Source: the human T2T-CHM13v2.0 reference genome, Homo sapiens. From it: a DNA stretch of 64,000 nucleotides. Of the stretch, positions 21,681 to 36,674 are shown piece by piece (positions within the stretch are counted from its first letter, which is position 1; every line of letters starts with the position of its first letter). The notes below the pieces were generated by a model. It made no database searches. It was not told the DNA's origin and was given only the letters and a program-made list of their open reading frames with translations. Position numbers and translations under genes: made by a program. The DNA lies in assembly GCF_009914755.1 (NCBI RefSeq), contig NC_060934.1. One strand, written 5' to 3'.

Positions 21681-22134
21681 AATAATTCATATTGTTAATA
21701 CCTCAACCATATCTTGATATTCTGTTAGCTTTTTAAATGATGGTTGTGACCAACTACAGTTCACATTTTTCACTAGTGGATCACACTCTGCAGCATTAAA
21801 ATCACCGTGAAATAGATTAATTAGAATAAATGAAGTGTTCTTTTTTCATTCTGTTTGTACAGTAGATATTATTGGATTATTTTATAAAATACCCATTTTA
21901 TAAATTGGATGGTATGTTATAAATGGATAGTAGGATTTTTCCTTTCTTCATTTTGTACCAAGAGAATAAAAAACACTCCTGTTCAGTACATCTCTAGCAA
22001 GCCTATTTCAACATCCAATGTCTCAAATAATTAATTTTTCTATACTTTAGTCACCCTTACACCTAAACGTTACAGTGCTTCAGTATAACTTCTATGTAAA
22101 CATTATTAATCCCATTTACAGATGGGAACCAGAG

Positions 22135-22575
22135 TGTTGGGAGACAGGTCATGGATTTCTCATGTTCCTGCACAGTCTAAGTGTTCTAAGGAGAGGCATT
22201 TACAGTGCCAATTGTATAAGGAGAAATTTCAGGACAGTAAAACTACTGACATGTCCCTCCCTGGAGACGTCCAAGGATAATAAAAATAAAAGACCTTCTC
22301 TTCCCCTTCCCAGAGGAGATTTGCTTATATTTGAGTGTAATGAGCAATCTTTCTGGGCAGAGCAGGGTGGCAAACCAATAGAAGATCAGAGTTCCTTCAT
22401 TTGGGGGTTACTCTCCTGTGATGCTCTCTACTGTATGCACTAGTAACATCCATCCCTTACTGCATTGCCTCATGGAGATTGGAGCTCAGGGAACTGGTCT
22501 AAATATATTGTTCTAGGTGCTGCTTTTGCTACGAGTAATAAATTGTCTTTGTTTCTGATCCACAGTTCTTGTGTC
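22135..22575 (+). mobile_element. Probable solo LTR (LTR47-like)
   Basis: Starts TGTTGGGAGACA and has AATAAA followed by TTGTCTTTGTTTCTGATCC near the 3' end. Family assigned from recall. Confidence 0.45.
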
Positions 22576-22684
22576 CTTATGTCATTGTGTGTGTGTGCAT
22601 ATGTGTATGCAGGAGAACGAATGCGGCAGATTGAAGAGCAGTTGAATATCAGACCTTTGTAGTGTGGTGGTGGTGATTATGGTG

Positions 22685-22958
22685 TTGAGACAGAATTTTG
22701 CTGTGTTACCCAGTCTGGTGTGCAGTGGCGCAAGGCTCATTTCAGCCTTCGAACTTTCAAACTCCATGGGCTCAGGTGACCCTCCCAGCTGGTACTGAAG
22801 GCACACCCCACCATACCCAGTGATTTTTTTTTTTTTTTTTTAAGAGACAGGGTTTTGTCATGTTGCCGAGGCTGGTCTCAAACTCTTGGGCTCAAGCAAT
22901 CCACCCACCTCAGCCTCCCAAAGTGCTGGGGTTACGGGCATAAGCCACCATGCCTAGC
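22685..22958 (-). mobile_element. AluJ
   Basis: Antisense Alu. Confidence 0.85.
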
Positions 22959-24785
22959 CCTTTGTGATTTTTTTAACTTAACTCTGGCTCACACAATTTA
23001 ACTGTAGGTCTGTTTGTAAACCTGAAGCGCTTTCTATGCTTTCTTCCTTACATAGACCGATAAAATAAGTAGAAAATATGGTGCTAATGACTAGTATTTG
23101 GTATAAGTAGATAAATGTTTTGTATCACATTTGCATGCTTATAATCTGTGATCAATGAGCAGTCTGAATATTTTTCCCTCCATCCTCATAAGTTAAACTA
23201 AAAAAAAGTTATAGATTGAGGCTGGGATATCTGGTGGCGAAATTATATTTATTTGAACAGAGTTTGTGTATATACATATATATTTCAGAATATATTGAAA
23301 AATAAAAGTGTAATGACCTTGATAAAAATGAAATATTCACTTAAAAACTCCATTTAATAATGCCCACAGGAAAGAAATGCTTCTAGAATTTTTTAACTAA
23401 TCATTTTTCTCAGTACTTTTGATTGTCATGCAAACTAAAGAAATGGACTTAATGAACAATTTAGTTACAATAATAAAGTTTCAAAAATTCTAAATTTACC
23501 TCATAATTGCAACAGATGCAAAATTATTTCATATCTTTATACTCGTTATGAAATTACCTCATATCCAAAAATATTTATGTCAAGTGACAGGCTTTTTGCA
23601 GCATTTTTGATATTATTACCCTTGTAATATATAATTAACTTTGTAAGTTAACCTTGTGGAACTTTTAAGGGAAATGCATTAACTTAGCATTAATATAGAC
23701 TTCTAAAATTCACTGTGATGTAGAACATTTGATTTAATGTTGTCTGTGTCTAATACAAAATAACTGTGGTCCACTTACTTATTTCAAATTTTATTCTCAA
23801 AGGTACCTACTAGATTATGTGTGAAGAAGTTTGTGACCAAAGTAATATAACTGATTCTGTTTTGAAAATCTAGAATAAAGTTTATGCAAAAGCATATGGA
23901 TTATTTCTTTATGAATGCAGTTTTATACTAAAAACTCCTCCATACCCACGTAAGTAGATATATTCTCATAGTGATGTAGAAAACTGACAAAACTTTTCAT
24001 CCTCAGAGCTAGGAATTCTTGTGTTTGGCCACAAGGGAAAGACAAAGGTATTAGAATTTTAAATAAGCTATCATCAACAAATACTACATCTCTCCAGCTC
24101 CATTCATAAATATAGCAACATTTTGGAAGTGCAGATGAATAGAACATAGTTAAGTGAGAAAAATTTTTAGTAACATACATAATTTGTAAATATTGAATCG
24201 TTTTTTAAATGATACTCTGAGTCATAATTATTTCAAATTGTACATAATGCTAGAAGAAACTAGGATAATAGCAGAATAAGTTACAGTGACTAAAATCATA
24301 GGTTTTTTTAAGAGATTGGGGAGTCTCTGTGGTGCCCAGTCTGGAGTGCATTGGTGCAATCATAGCTCACTGTAACCTTGACTCCTGGCTTCAAGCAATC
24401 CTCCTGTCTCTGCCTTCCTTTTGTAGTTTCAGGTCTTAACATTTAAGTCTTTCATCCATTTTGAGTTGATTTTTATACATGGTATAAGATGAGGATCTAG
24501 TTTGATTCTTCTCCATATGGATATCTTTGGTCTATATATTTATTTATATGACAGTACCATGCTGTTTTGGTTACTGTAGCTTGGTAATATAATTTGAATT
24601 TGTGTAGTGTGATGCCGCAGCTTTCTCTTTTTGCTCAGGATTATTTTAGCTATTTGGGGTCTTCTGTGGTTCCATATGAATTTTAGGATTTGTTTTTTCT
24701 ATTTCTGTGAAGAATGCCTTTGGTATTTTCATAGAGATTGCATTTAATCTGTAGCTCACTTTGGTTAGTAAAGATATTTTAACAA

Positions 24786-25083
24786 GGCCGAGCATGGTGG
24801 CTCATGCCTGTAATCTAGCTCTTTGGGAGGCTGAAGTGGGAGGATTGCTTGAGGCCAGGGATTCAAGACCAGCCTAGGCAACATGGCGTGACCGTCTCTA
24901 CAAAAAAATATTTTTTTAATTAGCTAGGCATGGTAGCATACACTTGTAGTCCTGTCTACTTGGGAGGCTGAAGCAGGAGGATCCTTTGGGCCCAGGTGGT
25001 CAAGGCTGCAGTGAGCTATAATCATGCCACTGCACTCTAGCCTGAGCAACAGAGAGAGATCTTATCTCTGTGTAAAAGAAAAA
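24786..25083 (+). mobile_element. AluJ
   Basis: Sense Alu inside the L1. Confidence 0.87.
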
Positions 25084-26215
25084 GAAGTGTAATTAAAGGA
25101 AAAAAACATTTTAACAACAGTCTTTCAATTCCAAAACATGGGATGTCTTTTTTTCCTTTTCTCTTCAGTTTCTTTCATCAGTGTTTTATAATTTTCCTTG
25201 TATAGATCTTTCATCTGCTTGGTTAAATTTATTTCCTGGTTATTTTATTTTTTTGTAGCTATTGTAAATGGTTTTCTTTCTTGATTTCTTTTTCAGGTTG
25301 GTTGCTCTTAGTGTATAGAAATTCTACTGACTTTTGTATGTCGATTTTGTATCTGACAACTTAATAAATTCACTTACCAGTTCTAATATAATATGGTCTA
25401 ATTAATATATTAGACTAGAAGTATAAGATCTCTCCTGGAGAATGTTCCATGTACCGATGAGAAGAATGTGTATTCTGTGGCAGTTGGATGAAATGTTCTG
25501 TAAAGGTCTGTTAGGTTTATTTGGTCTAGAGTATAGTTTAGCTTCACTGTTTGAAGTTAAACACTGATGTTCTTACATTTCTTATAAGAACATTTTATGT
25601 TTCTTATGTATAAGAACACTGATGTTTTTATATTTCTAGTCTAATAATGTATTATTAAACTAAAAATATAAGATTTGTCCTGGAGAATGTTCCATGTCCT
25701 GATGAAAAGAATGTGTATTCTGTAGCAGTTGGATGAAATGTTCTGTAAATGTCTTAGGTTTATTTGGTCTAGAGTATAGTTTTTTACTTCAGTGTTTGTT
25801 GATTTTCTGTTGGGATGATCTGTCCATTGCCGAAAGTAGGAAATTGAAATCCCCTACTATTATTGTATTTATCTCTTGCTCTTGCTCTTATGTATTCACA
25901 CTTGCTCTCTCTCATGCTCTCTCTCTCTCTCTTTCCCTTTGTATCTAATAATATTTGCTTTATATATTTGGGTACACCAATGTTGGGTGCATATATATTT
26001 ACTATTGTTATATCCTTTTGCTGAATTGACCCCTTTATCATTATATTATGATCTCCTTTGTCCCTTTTTACAGTTTTTGACTTAAAGTCTATTTTGCCTA
26101 ATGTAATTATAGGTATTCCTGCCCTTTTCTGGTTTTTATTTGAATAGAATATCTTTCTGCATCCCTTCACTTTCGGCATCTATGTGTCTTTATAGGTGAA
26201 ATGAGTTTCTTGTAG

Positions 26216-26587
<372 letters not shown>

Positions 26588-28329
26588 TAGTTCATTTATA
26601 TTCAGTATTATTGATAGATAAGGTTTTACTACTCTTATTTTGTTACTTGTTTTCTAGTTGTTTTTAACTTTTCTTCTGCTTCTTTTCTTACTGTCTTTCT
26701 TTGTGGTTAGGTGATTTTCTCTTAAGAGTACATTTTAATTTATTGCTTTTTATCCATTTTTGCTCTGTGGTTACCAAGAGGCTTATAAATAAACATCCTG
26801 TAGTTATAGCAAGTATTTAAAACTGATAATCAACTTAACTTTGATTGGAAAAAAAACACAGAAAAGTGAACATTAACTTCCTTCTCCCCCTTCATTTTGA
26901 ATTTCTGATATCACAGTTCACATTTTTATATTGCCTATCTTGTAACAAATTGTTGTAGTTATTATTTTTAATAGTTTTGTCTTTTAGTCGTCTTACTACA
27001 GATATTAGTGTTTTAAACACTGCAAATACAATATTAATATAACACTCATTTTAGTGTTTCTTCCAGTTTGAAGAAGTTTTTAAAGCATTTCTTATTGGAC
27101 AAGTCTGATTATGGTAAATTCCCTCAGCTTTTGTTTGTCTAAGAAAGTCTTTATTTCTCCTTCAGTTTTGAAGGATAATTGTGCTGAGCACAGTAATCTT
27201 GGTTGACAGTTTCTTCTCCACCAGCATTCCAAATATATTCTTCCACATTTTCCTGGCTTATAAGGTTTCTGCTGATAAGTCTGCTACCAGGCATATTGGA
27301 TCTTCCTTGCATGTTATTTACTTCTTTCCTTTCAGTGATTTCAGAAGTTTTTCTTTGTGCCTTTGACCTTTGTGAGTTTGATTATAATGTGTCCTAGAGT
27401 AGTCTTCTTTGTGTTTAATCTAATTAGTGATCTTTGACCTTAGTCTACCTGAATATTTATATCTTTTTTCAGGTATGGAAAGTTTTCTGTTATCATTTCC
27501 TTGTATAAGTTTTCTACCCCTTTGTCTTTCTCAGTCCTTCTTTGACTTCAGTAACCTGAATATTTGCCCTTTTGATGTTGTCCCATAGATTTTGTAAGCT
27601 TGCTTGCTTCCTTTTCTTTTTTTTTCTCTTCTCACCATATTTTTAATCATTTTTCTTTGAACTCACTGATTCTTTTATTTGGTTAATTCTGCTTCTGTTG
27701 CTCTCTATTGAGATTTTCGCTTCATTAATTTTTTTTTTTAGTTGCAGGATTTCTGGTTTTTTAAAAAAGTTATTTGAGTCTCTTATATTTCTTTCATAAT
27801 TTTCTGAATTGATTCTTCATGTTTTCTTTAAGTTCTTTGAGCTGTCTTCAAACAGGTATTTTGAATTTTTGGAGAGATCACATATCTCGGTCACTTTCAG
27901 GTTAGTCTGTGGTACCTTATTTTGTTCTTTTGGTGTGATGTATTTCCCTAAATGTTCTCAATGCTTTAGAAGTGTGATGATGTCTGAGCATTGAGGGATT
28001 TGTAATTTATTTTAGTCTTCCCAGCCTGGCTTTGTTTGTGCCTGTCCTTCTTCAAGAGGCCTTCCAGGGATTCTAAAGCTGACTTACTATTGCATTCTCT
28101 GAGCCTCTGACCAATTACAGCCATCTCAGCACTAGAGTATGCTTTAAGCCCAGGTTTTCTGAGTCCTGCAAGGGCACCAAGGTTGACACAGCTTTCTGGC
28201 CCAGATGGACCTCGGGAAGACCCAAGGGAGGTACTTGGGCTGCCTGGGAATGCTGTCCAGACACCTGAAGCCAGAAGACTCTCCTAGTGGTCCTGATAGG
28301 TATGCCTCCCAACAAATCTCTGCACAGAT

Positions 28330-29370
28330 GGGATAGGTCCCTGACTACAAAGAGAGTGGCTGGAGTTGAGACTGTGCGTCTTTGGAATCTACTGTGGAAA
28401 GGAGGCTGATTGGCTCACCTCATTGGCTCAGATTGGCATGCATCACCCAACAGGTCCCAGTATCTGGGCAGTTTCTTGACTGCAGCAAGAGGGCTTGGAG
28501 CCAAGACTGGGCCCCTTCAGTATCTACTATGGATATGCCTGTCACATGGATCCAGTTGGGCGTGTGTCTCCCAGCAAGTCCCTCCATAGATGGAATGATT
28601 CCCTGACTACAGCAGGAGAGGCTGGAGGTGTGACTGTGCCCCCTTGGGATTTGCTGTGGGACAGAGGATTGAGAGCCTGGTCTTGGCTCAGAGGGGTGTG
28701 CATCGCCCTGAATGTTCCTGCACATACAGGATATTTCCCCAACTGCAGTGAGACGAGCCAAAGCTGAAACTGCACCACCCTGGGATCTGCTGTTGGATGG
28801 AGGTTGATGTGCTTGTCATGTTGGCTCAGATGGGCGTATGTCTCCCAGCAGGTCTCTGCATAGACAGGAGGGTTCCCTAACAGCAGGAGGAGGGTCTGGA
28901 TCTGAGACTGGACCCTCTCAGGATCTGCTGTGGGATGGTGGCTGGAGAACCTGGTCTGAGCATGCATCTCACCAGTAGACCCTGTAGACAAGATAGTTTC
29001 CTGGTTGCAGCAGGAAAGGCTGGAGCTGAGACTGGGCTCCCTCAGGATCTCCTGTGTTGCAGAATCTGGAGAGCCTGTCTTGTTTGCCCGGACAGATACC
29101 CCTCTTCCAGCAGATCTCTGCACAGAATTATTTTCAGACCACAGCAAGAAGGGTCAGAGCTGAGAATGGACCACCTGAGGATCTGCTGTGGGATGGAGGT
29201 TGGCGTGCCTGTCTCATTAGCTCAAATGGGCACCCATCTCCCAGCAGGTTCCTGTTTCTGCACAGATAGGATGCATCCCCTACTGCAGCAGGAGGAGCTG
29301 AGGCTGAGTCTGGGGCCTCCCTTGGGATCTGTGGCATGGAGTCTGGAGCCCCTTGTCTCATTGACTCAGA
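28330..29370. repeat. Diverged tandem array, ~8 units of ~125-145 bp
   Basis: The motif GGATCTGCTGTGGGA (or a variant) recurs at ~28383, 28518, 28647, 28782, 28921, 29045, 29179 and 29325. Most units also carry CTCCCAGCAGGTC.CTG and GCAGCAGGAG.GGCTGGAG.TGAGACTG. Confidence 0.85.
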
Positions 29371-30044
29371 GACACACCCACAGGAGATAACTTTTCAACT
29401 TCTAGTAAGCAATCATTTGAATCATTAAGTATTTTTGGTGTATTATACATAACCACACTTAATTACAATTCATACCTGTACCTTCTTATTGCTACCCATA
29501 TTTGAGGAATAGGTCTTTCCCTTCTTTCCTTCTATATTTAAAACCTTTTATCTATATTTTCTTCTCATGCCTTGAGTCTAATCTCAAACCTTGTTCTCTT
29601 CTTGATCTTTGCTAACTTTGTTGTAAATGTGCTCCTATCCCACTATTGAAACAAACAGGCAAACTCTCCAACATTCGCCTTATCTATCCTCATTTCAGCT
29701 GAATTTCTTGACAGTGTAGTTCACACTTCTTTATCTCTGATGCATTCAGCTGCTCTCACCACGTTTTTAAAATCCAGTGGGCACGAGTCACCCATGACCT
29801 TTTAGTTGCCAAATCCAGTGAACACTTTTCAGTTCTTGTCTGACTTATCTCTGGCATTTATCAGTGTTGACCTTACCATAACTCTGAAACTTTTCCTGTC
29901 TTGCTTAGCTTATGTGATACCTTTTCCCTCAGGTTTTTCTTCTTTTCTGGCTCCTCTTCTTCCTTTTCCACAGCTGGCAATTCCTACTCTTACAGCTCTT
30001 CTAATGTTTTCCTTTCCTTTCCTTTATCTTTAGGCAAAGGCTAT

Positions 30045-30045
<1 letters not shown>

Positions 30046-30085
<40 letters not shown>
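30046..30085. repeat. (GT)20 microsatellite
   Basis: Perfect dinucleotide run. Confidence 0.95.
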
Positions 30086-30086
<1 letters not shown>

Positions 30087-30439
30087 CTAGCAACCTCTTT
30101 CAAATGAATTCCAATGGATTCTAACACTAAGCTGGAGTGTCAGGTACTACTTGTGATTTCTTCTCTTTTATCTTCCTGGGAGTTTTACAGAATCTACAGT
30201 AGTGATCACTACTTCCCACAGTCTTTTCCTGACACTTTCTTTCTCCCTTTCTCCAGTTTATTCACTTCTCTTTTAGATTACAGGACAATTTTCCTCTGTT
30301 CTCCGTACATCCAGCCTGGCTGTCCTCCAGTCTGTGTTCCATAGAGCTACTGAAAACCCTACTAAGAAACAAATTTTGTAATACCATTTCCTTACAATGC
30401 TTCAGTAATTAATGTTAACATTTAGGTTAAAAACAGCCT

Positions 30440-31400
30440 TATCATTAAGAAAACTTTTAAACTGATTTAAAATTTATATAATGTGAAATCATTTTAAAGT
30501 ATACAATTCAGTGGCATTTACTGCATTCACAATGCTGCACAACCATAATTTCTAAATAATTCTAAGTTTTCATCACCCCAAAGGGAAACTCCATACCCAT
30601 CAAGCAGTCATTTGTCATTCTCCCCTCCAGCTAGCCCCGTTCATCCATTAATCAGCTTTCTGTGTCCGTGGGTTTACCTATTCTGGAGGTTTCATATACA
30701 TGAAATCATCACTATATGTGACCTTTTCTGTCTGGTCTTTTACTTAGAATAATGTCGTGGAGGTGCATCCCATTTTGTTGCATATATTAGCACTTCATTT
30801 TTTTGATTGAATAATGTTCCATTGTATAGCTATACCACATTTGTTATTCATTCATCAATTGATGGACATTCGAGTTGTTTCTGCCTTTTGAATGCCTGAT
30901 TTTGATTCATTTTTGTAGAGTCCTTAGGTTTTCCTAAGTATAAGATCATTTCGTCTGGGAACAAGGCTAATTTAATTTCCTCTTTTTCAATTTGGATGCC
31001 CTTTATTTCTTTGTCTTACCTAAATGCTTTGGCTGATTCATTTTGGGCAAATACCTGGGAAGAGTGTTTAATTGCTGGGTCATATGGTAATTCTATATTT
31101 AACTTTTTAAGGAAATGCCAAACTGTCTACTACAACATCTACAATAAGATAAATTTTCACCAGCAACTTATGAGGGTTCCAGTTTGTGTACATCCTCACT
31201 AACTCTTGTTATTTTATTTTCCAGTTTTAAATACTATTAATATCTAACTCAGTGGGTATAAAGTTATATCTCATTGTATTTATGATTTGCCTTTTCCTAA
31301 TGACTAATGATATTGTAAATGTTTTCATGTGCCTGTTGCCCATGCATACATCTTTTTGGGAGAAATGTATATTCAACTTACTTTCCCGTTTTTTATTTGA
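30440..31400 (-). mobile_element. L1MB-like 3' end with a nested 120-bp L1 RT fragment
   Basis: Antisense L1M 3'UTR motifs, with a nested fragment at 30914-31033. Confidence 0.75.
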
Positions 31401-31978
31401 GTTTTATTTTTAACCAAGAAATACCTTTTAAGTGATCAGACCTGGAACCTTGCCAGGTTTAATGATTATCAAAGCAGAGCCATATTTTGACTTTTGATGT
31501 TATCTATTATTATAGTCTTGTTATTCATAATTACTTGAATATTATCAGCATCTCTAGATCCTTTGTAGTTAAAACATAGTAAAGTATTTTAAGTCTTTAT
31601 ACTAAAATAGTACGTCTTGAAAGTTTTAATATAGAACACTCTGCTTAGCATTTCTTTATAACCTAAAATGCAATTAATAAAAGGGTGTCATTTCCTCTGC
31701 CAATTAAGTAGCCTTCATTGGTTGATATTGAACAAATTGCTGATACTTATTTCTGTGATGTTTACTTTTTAAAAAAAATATTTTTTGCTTTCTTTTTAAC
31801 ACTTCCAAACAATTGCTAGGTTAATTTGTCAGTTGCAAATCTGAAATAAAATTGTTTTTAGCAGTCTTTCAAATAAAATTTTCGTTGAGACTAAAGAGAT
31901 CCTGGATTACAATCAACATTTGTAGATATGTCATACATAGAGAACCAAAAAAAAATTATAAATCTGATATAAATATCA

Positions 31979-32302
<324 letters not shown>

Positions 32303-32850
32303 CTATGAAACCACACATTGTATGTGTTCATTCCCACAAATTGGAGCATTTTAAGAAGCGCTCTAAATTAGTTTATGTCTTGCTTTTCTTCTTATGTTCT
32401 GTAGATTCTTTAGTACTCCATAAGAAAAATTTGCTATAGAAAGCATAAAAACTGCAAATGCATTATATCCTCCATGAAACCAGCTTTAATTTAGTTGCTA
32501 AACCCTGATCATTGTTGCACTATACACTCAGAAAATGTATAGCAGTGACTATTTTGTAAATATGAAGAGTTCATATTCAGCACATTCAGCAATGGTTTAT
32601 ATCTAAAATGATTTTTGAAGAATGCTTTAAAAAACTTCTTTGCCTAGAGTCTTTAAAGCTGGCACTTTAAAACTATGTTTCATGGATTGTCAGTTGGAAT
32701 GGACTTCAGGAGGTCCATAAGTCCATGAAATTACAGTTTTTTAACATGAATTTTTCTGAGGATACATAATTTTTATCATACTCTCAAAAGAATCTAAAAC
32801 TCAAAAATGGTTAAGAGACACTTAAATAAAATGTTGATAAAGGCCATGGT

Positions 32851-33478
32851 CATTGATTCTCATTCTTCAGAAGCTTTGCATGTGTGAGTTTACCTACTCA
32901 CTAAAATGTACTTGTAAATCCAAAACCAGTACTCGGTGCTTTTGCAGTCATTTGTAAACATATTTGGAGAAGCAAAAATTTTGAGTTACCTTATGTGTTC
33001 ATTCCTCTCTGAGGTCAAAGAAGGTGATGGTTTGCCTTGTTTCAGCTGTCATACTGTAAACAAGTGTCCTTTTCAATGCGTATTTAGTGCCATATTAATC
33101 ACATTTTTTGTTGTTGATTTTTCTGTTTAAAATGGTTCCCAAGCATAGTGCAGATATGCTGTCTAGTGTTTCTAAGCATAAGAAGGCTGTGATACACCTG
33201 AGAGAATAAAAATCTGTAATAGACAAACTTGGTTCAGGCATGAGTTACACTGCTGTTGACTGTGAGTTTATTGTTAATAAATCAAATATGAAGTATCAAT
33301 ATCTGTATAAATAGTTAAATATAATTATATATAGATGTAAATATAAATTGTTAAAATACGGAATCTTTAAACAGAAACATACATTTTAGAAATTATGTAT
33401 TGGCATTGGTTGACCAAGATGATGTTTGGAGAGGTTTTCAGGAAACTAACCCTGTCTTTTTCCCAGGAACAATAATTC
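32851..33478 (+). mobile_element. MER82-like TcMar-Tigger DNA transposon
   Basis: Recalled motifs CCTACTCACTAAAAT, CATACTGTAAACAAGTGTCCTTTTC and GCTGTCTAGTGTT..TAAGCATAAGAAGGCTGTGAT. Confidence 0.7.
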
Positions 33479-33494
33479 TGCAGGAGGCAGAACC

Positions 33495-33744
33495 TGTTGT
33501 CTAGGTTGGAGTACAGTGGCATGAACATGGCTCACTGCAGTTTTGACCTCCTGTGCTTCTTCTGCCCCAGCTTCCCAAGTAGTTCAGGCTACAGGCACAT
33601 GTCACCATGCCTGGTAATTTTTGTATTTTTTGTAGAGACAGGGTTTTTCTTGCCCAGACTGGTCTTGAATTTCTGGGCTCAAACAATCCTCCCATCTTGG
33701 CCCCACAAAGTACTGAGATTAGAGATGTGAGCCTCCATGCCCAG
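33495..33744 (-). mobile_element. AluJ
   Basis: Diverged antisense Alu. Confidence 0.82.
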
Positions 33745-33965
33745 CTATAGTTAACCTTTTGCAGTGTTTTTTTTTTTAACTTAATGTTTCTAAATTTCTT
33801 CTAGGGTAAACATTTACTACGTAGAGGCTGTGTGTCATTTACCTCTTCATGGTATCACACATCAGATACTTCTAACATAATCATGATAAATGTTAGTGGT
33901 TTCATGGTCTTATTTACACTCCAGCTCTACCAGAATTCACTAATCTACTTCAAGTTTCTGTCTGA

Positions 33966-34266
<301 letters not shown>

Positions 34267-34414
34267 TCTGTCTGAAATATTCTTATTGTTCATCATACAG
34301 TATATTGGGCTACAGTACTGTATTTTTCTCCAGGGTGTTGGTAACCATTTATGCTGAGTTTAGCCATTTTACTTAAGAGTCTACTAATTCACTGTAGATA
34401 AAGAGTTACTACTT

Positions 34415-34713
<299 letters not shown>

Positions 34714-34899
34714 CTAACAAATATGAGTTGTATATTTGCATAGTTGATTGCATTCATGAAGTCTAAGTATTTTTTTATTCATTAAATCTAAAGGAAGTTG
34801 GGGCTCTCTGCTTTCGATAAGATGAAGTAACAAGTACTGTACTTATCCTTCACCTAAAATAATGATTAAAGAAAATTTGTGTGTTTATTTCTTAAGACA

Positions 34900-35600
34900 C
34901 AGAACAAGCATTTGATAAAATCCAACATCCATTCCTCATAAAATCACTCCTGAAACTGGTGATAGAGAGGAACTTCCTCAACCTGATAATTAGCATCTAT
35001 AAGGAACCAATGGTAATATTATATTTACTGGTGAATGTCTGAATGCTTTCTCACTAAGATCAGGAATAAGACAAGGATGTCTACTTTCACTACTTCTGTT
35101 CGATACTGTACTGCAGGTTCTAGCCAGTGCAATTAGTTAAGAAAAAGAAGTGCTTCTAGATTAAAAAACAGAAGTAAATCAATCATTATACTTCAGTGAT
35201 ATGATCATCTATGTATATTATTCTATAGAATCTACAAAAAGGTACTAGAATGAATAATTGAGTTTAGCATGCTTGCAGAATATAAGATCAGTATTTAAAA
35301 CTCATGTAGTTTTCTGTACTAGGAACAAAAATTTGAAATTAAAATTTAATAGAAGAAATATTTTCTATCACATAAATAATAGGCTATACTTGGGGACAAA
35401 TCTGACAAAAGATCTGGAAGACCTTTACTCTGAAAACTGTAAAAACATTACTGAATGAAAATAAGTGTGCAGATTCTTTACATATGATACTAATAGAATG
35501 ATCTGTTTAAAATTGATTAATTGTGCATCAGCTATATACATAAGCCAAAACTTAAACAATTGTACACCTTAAATATGTACAGTTAATTTTGTTAATTCAA
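34900..35600 (+). mobile_element. Old L1M ORF2/3' fragment
   Basis: AAGCATTTGATAAAATCCAACATCC and AAGATCAGGAATAAGACAAGGATGTC are L1 RT-region motifs. Confidence 0.7.
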
Positions 35601-36674
35601 ATCCCTATACTACTGTTAAAACAAATTAGAAAAACAAACTAAAGGAATTTATGTTCATATGACAGTGAATGAGTTGTCTGAACTCACCTCAATTTTTAAT
35701 CCTAAGATGAATCCATCTCTAAAAAGTACTGAACATCTCTGAAAAGTTATGAATATGGTGTATGTTTTCTCCCATAACCTCATATATAGCAATTATTGTT
35801 ATTAGGAAATCAGAACTAGCTTAAATAATCATAACATTGACCATCTGCTTTCCTTGTTAAATACATTTGACTACTAACTTAATGTTTTCAGTTAGCCCTC
35901 TAAAATTTGAGAAAGCAACATCTTTTTTACCTTTTTGCCAGATTTCTACAGGCTTTCTGATATATAGTTGGCCCTCTAGATCATTGCTGGCAGTTTGAAA
36001 TATGTGTGATTATGATAGAGTATTTAAAATATTTTATTATAAATATTTGATCAATTTTTTATTATATAAATTTTCTTCTTTTAAAAAAATACAATTTAGA
36101 GATGGGGATCATACTATGTTGCCCAGGTCTTGAACTCCTGGGCTCAAGTGATCCTTCTGCCTTGGCCTCCAAAAGTGCTGGGATTATAGATGTGAGCCAC
36201 TGCACCCAGGCTAGGGTAAACTTTTGATAAATATTTTTGATTATGTAGAATAATTTTATGGTGAGTTCAAAGTAGGGTTTTGCAATTTTTATTGTGGAGA
36301 TGTATTTATACTGTTAGTTTCAGGATATCTGTACTGATCATCTCCTGTGTTTTTAATCATGATGTTTCCTTTTCAAACAACACATTATGATGAAAGATCA
36401 ATTTTCAATGAAATCATTTATAAGTATATACTAGCTATTGCAACTTTGGGGTTTGGAAAGGAAAAATTAAAGTGTGTTATGTTTACATGTTGGAAACATG
36501 TTAGAAAAATCAGTCTAGGATTGGAAGGAGATGGGAAGATTTAGGAGTAACTGCTAATGGGTACAAGGTTTCTTCTTAGGGTGAGAAAATGTTCTACAAT
36601 GATTTGTGGTAATGGTTACAGAAGTATGATTATACCTAAAATCATTGAATCATATGCTTTAACTGGATAAATAA

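Noticed and set aside
28330-29370. Regularly spaced motif as a CRISPR-like array
   Set aside because: The whole unit is repeated and diverged, with no unique spacers, and the context is a eukaryotic intron.
28382-29390. Overlapping ORFs of 70-201 aa on both strands
   Set aside because: They lie in the GC-richer tandem array of an old L1 5' end, show no recognisable protein similarity and have no splice context.
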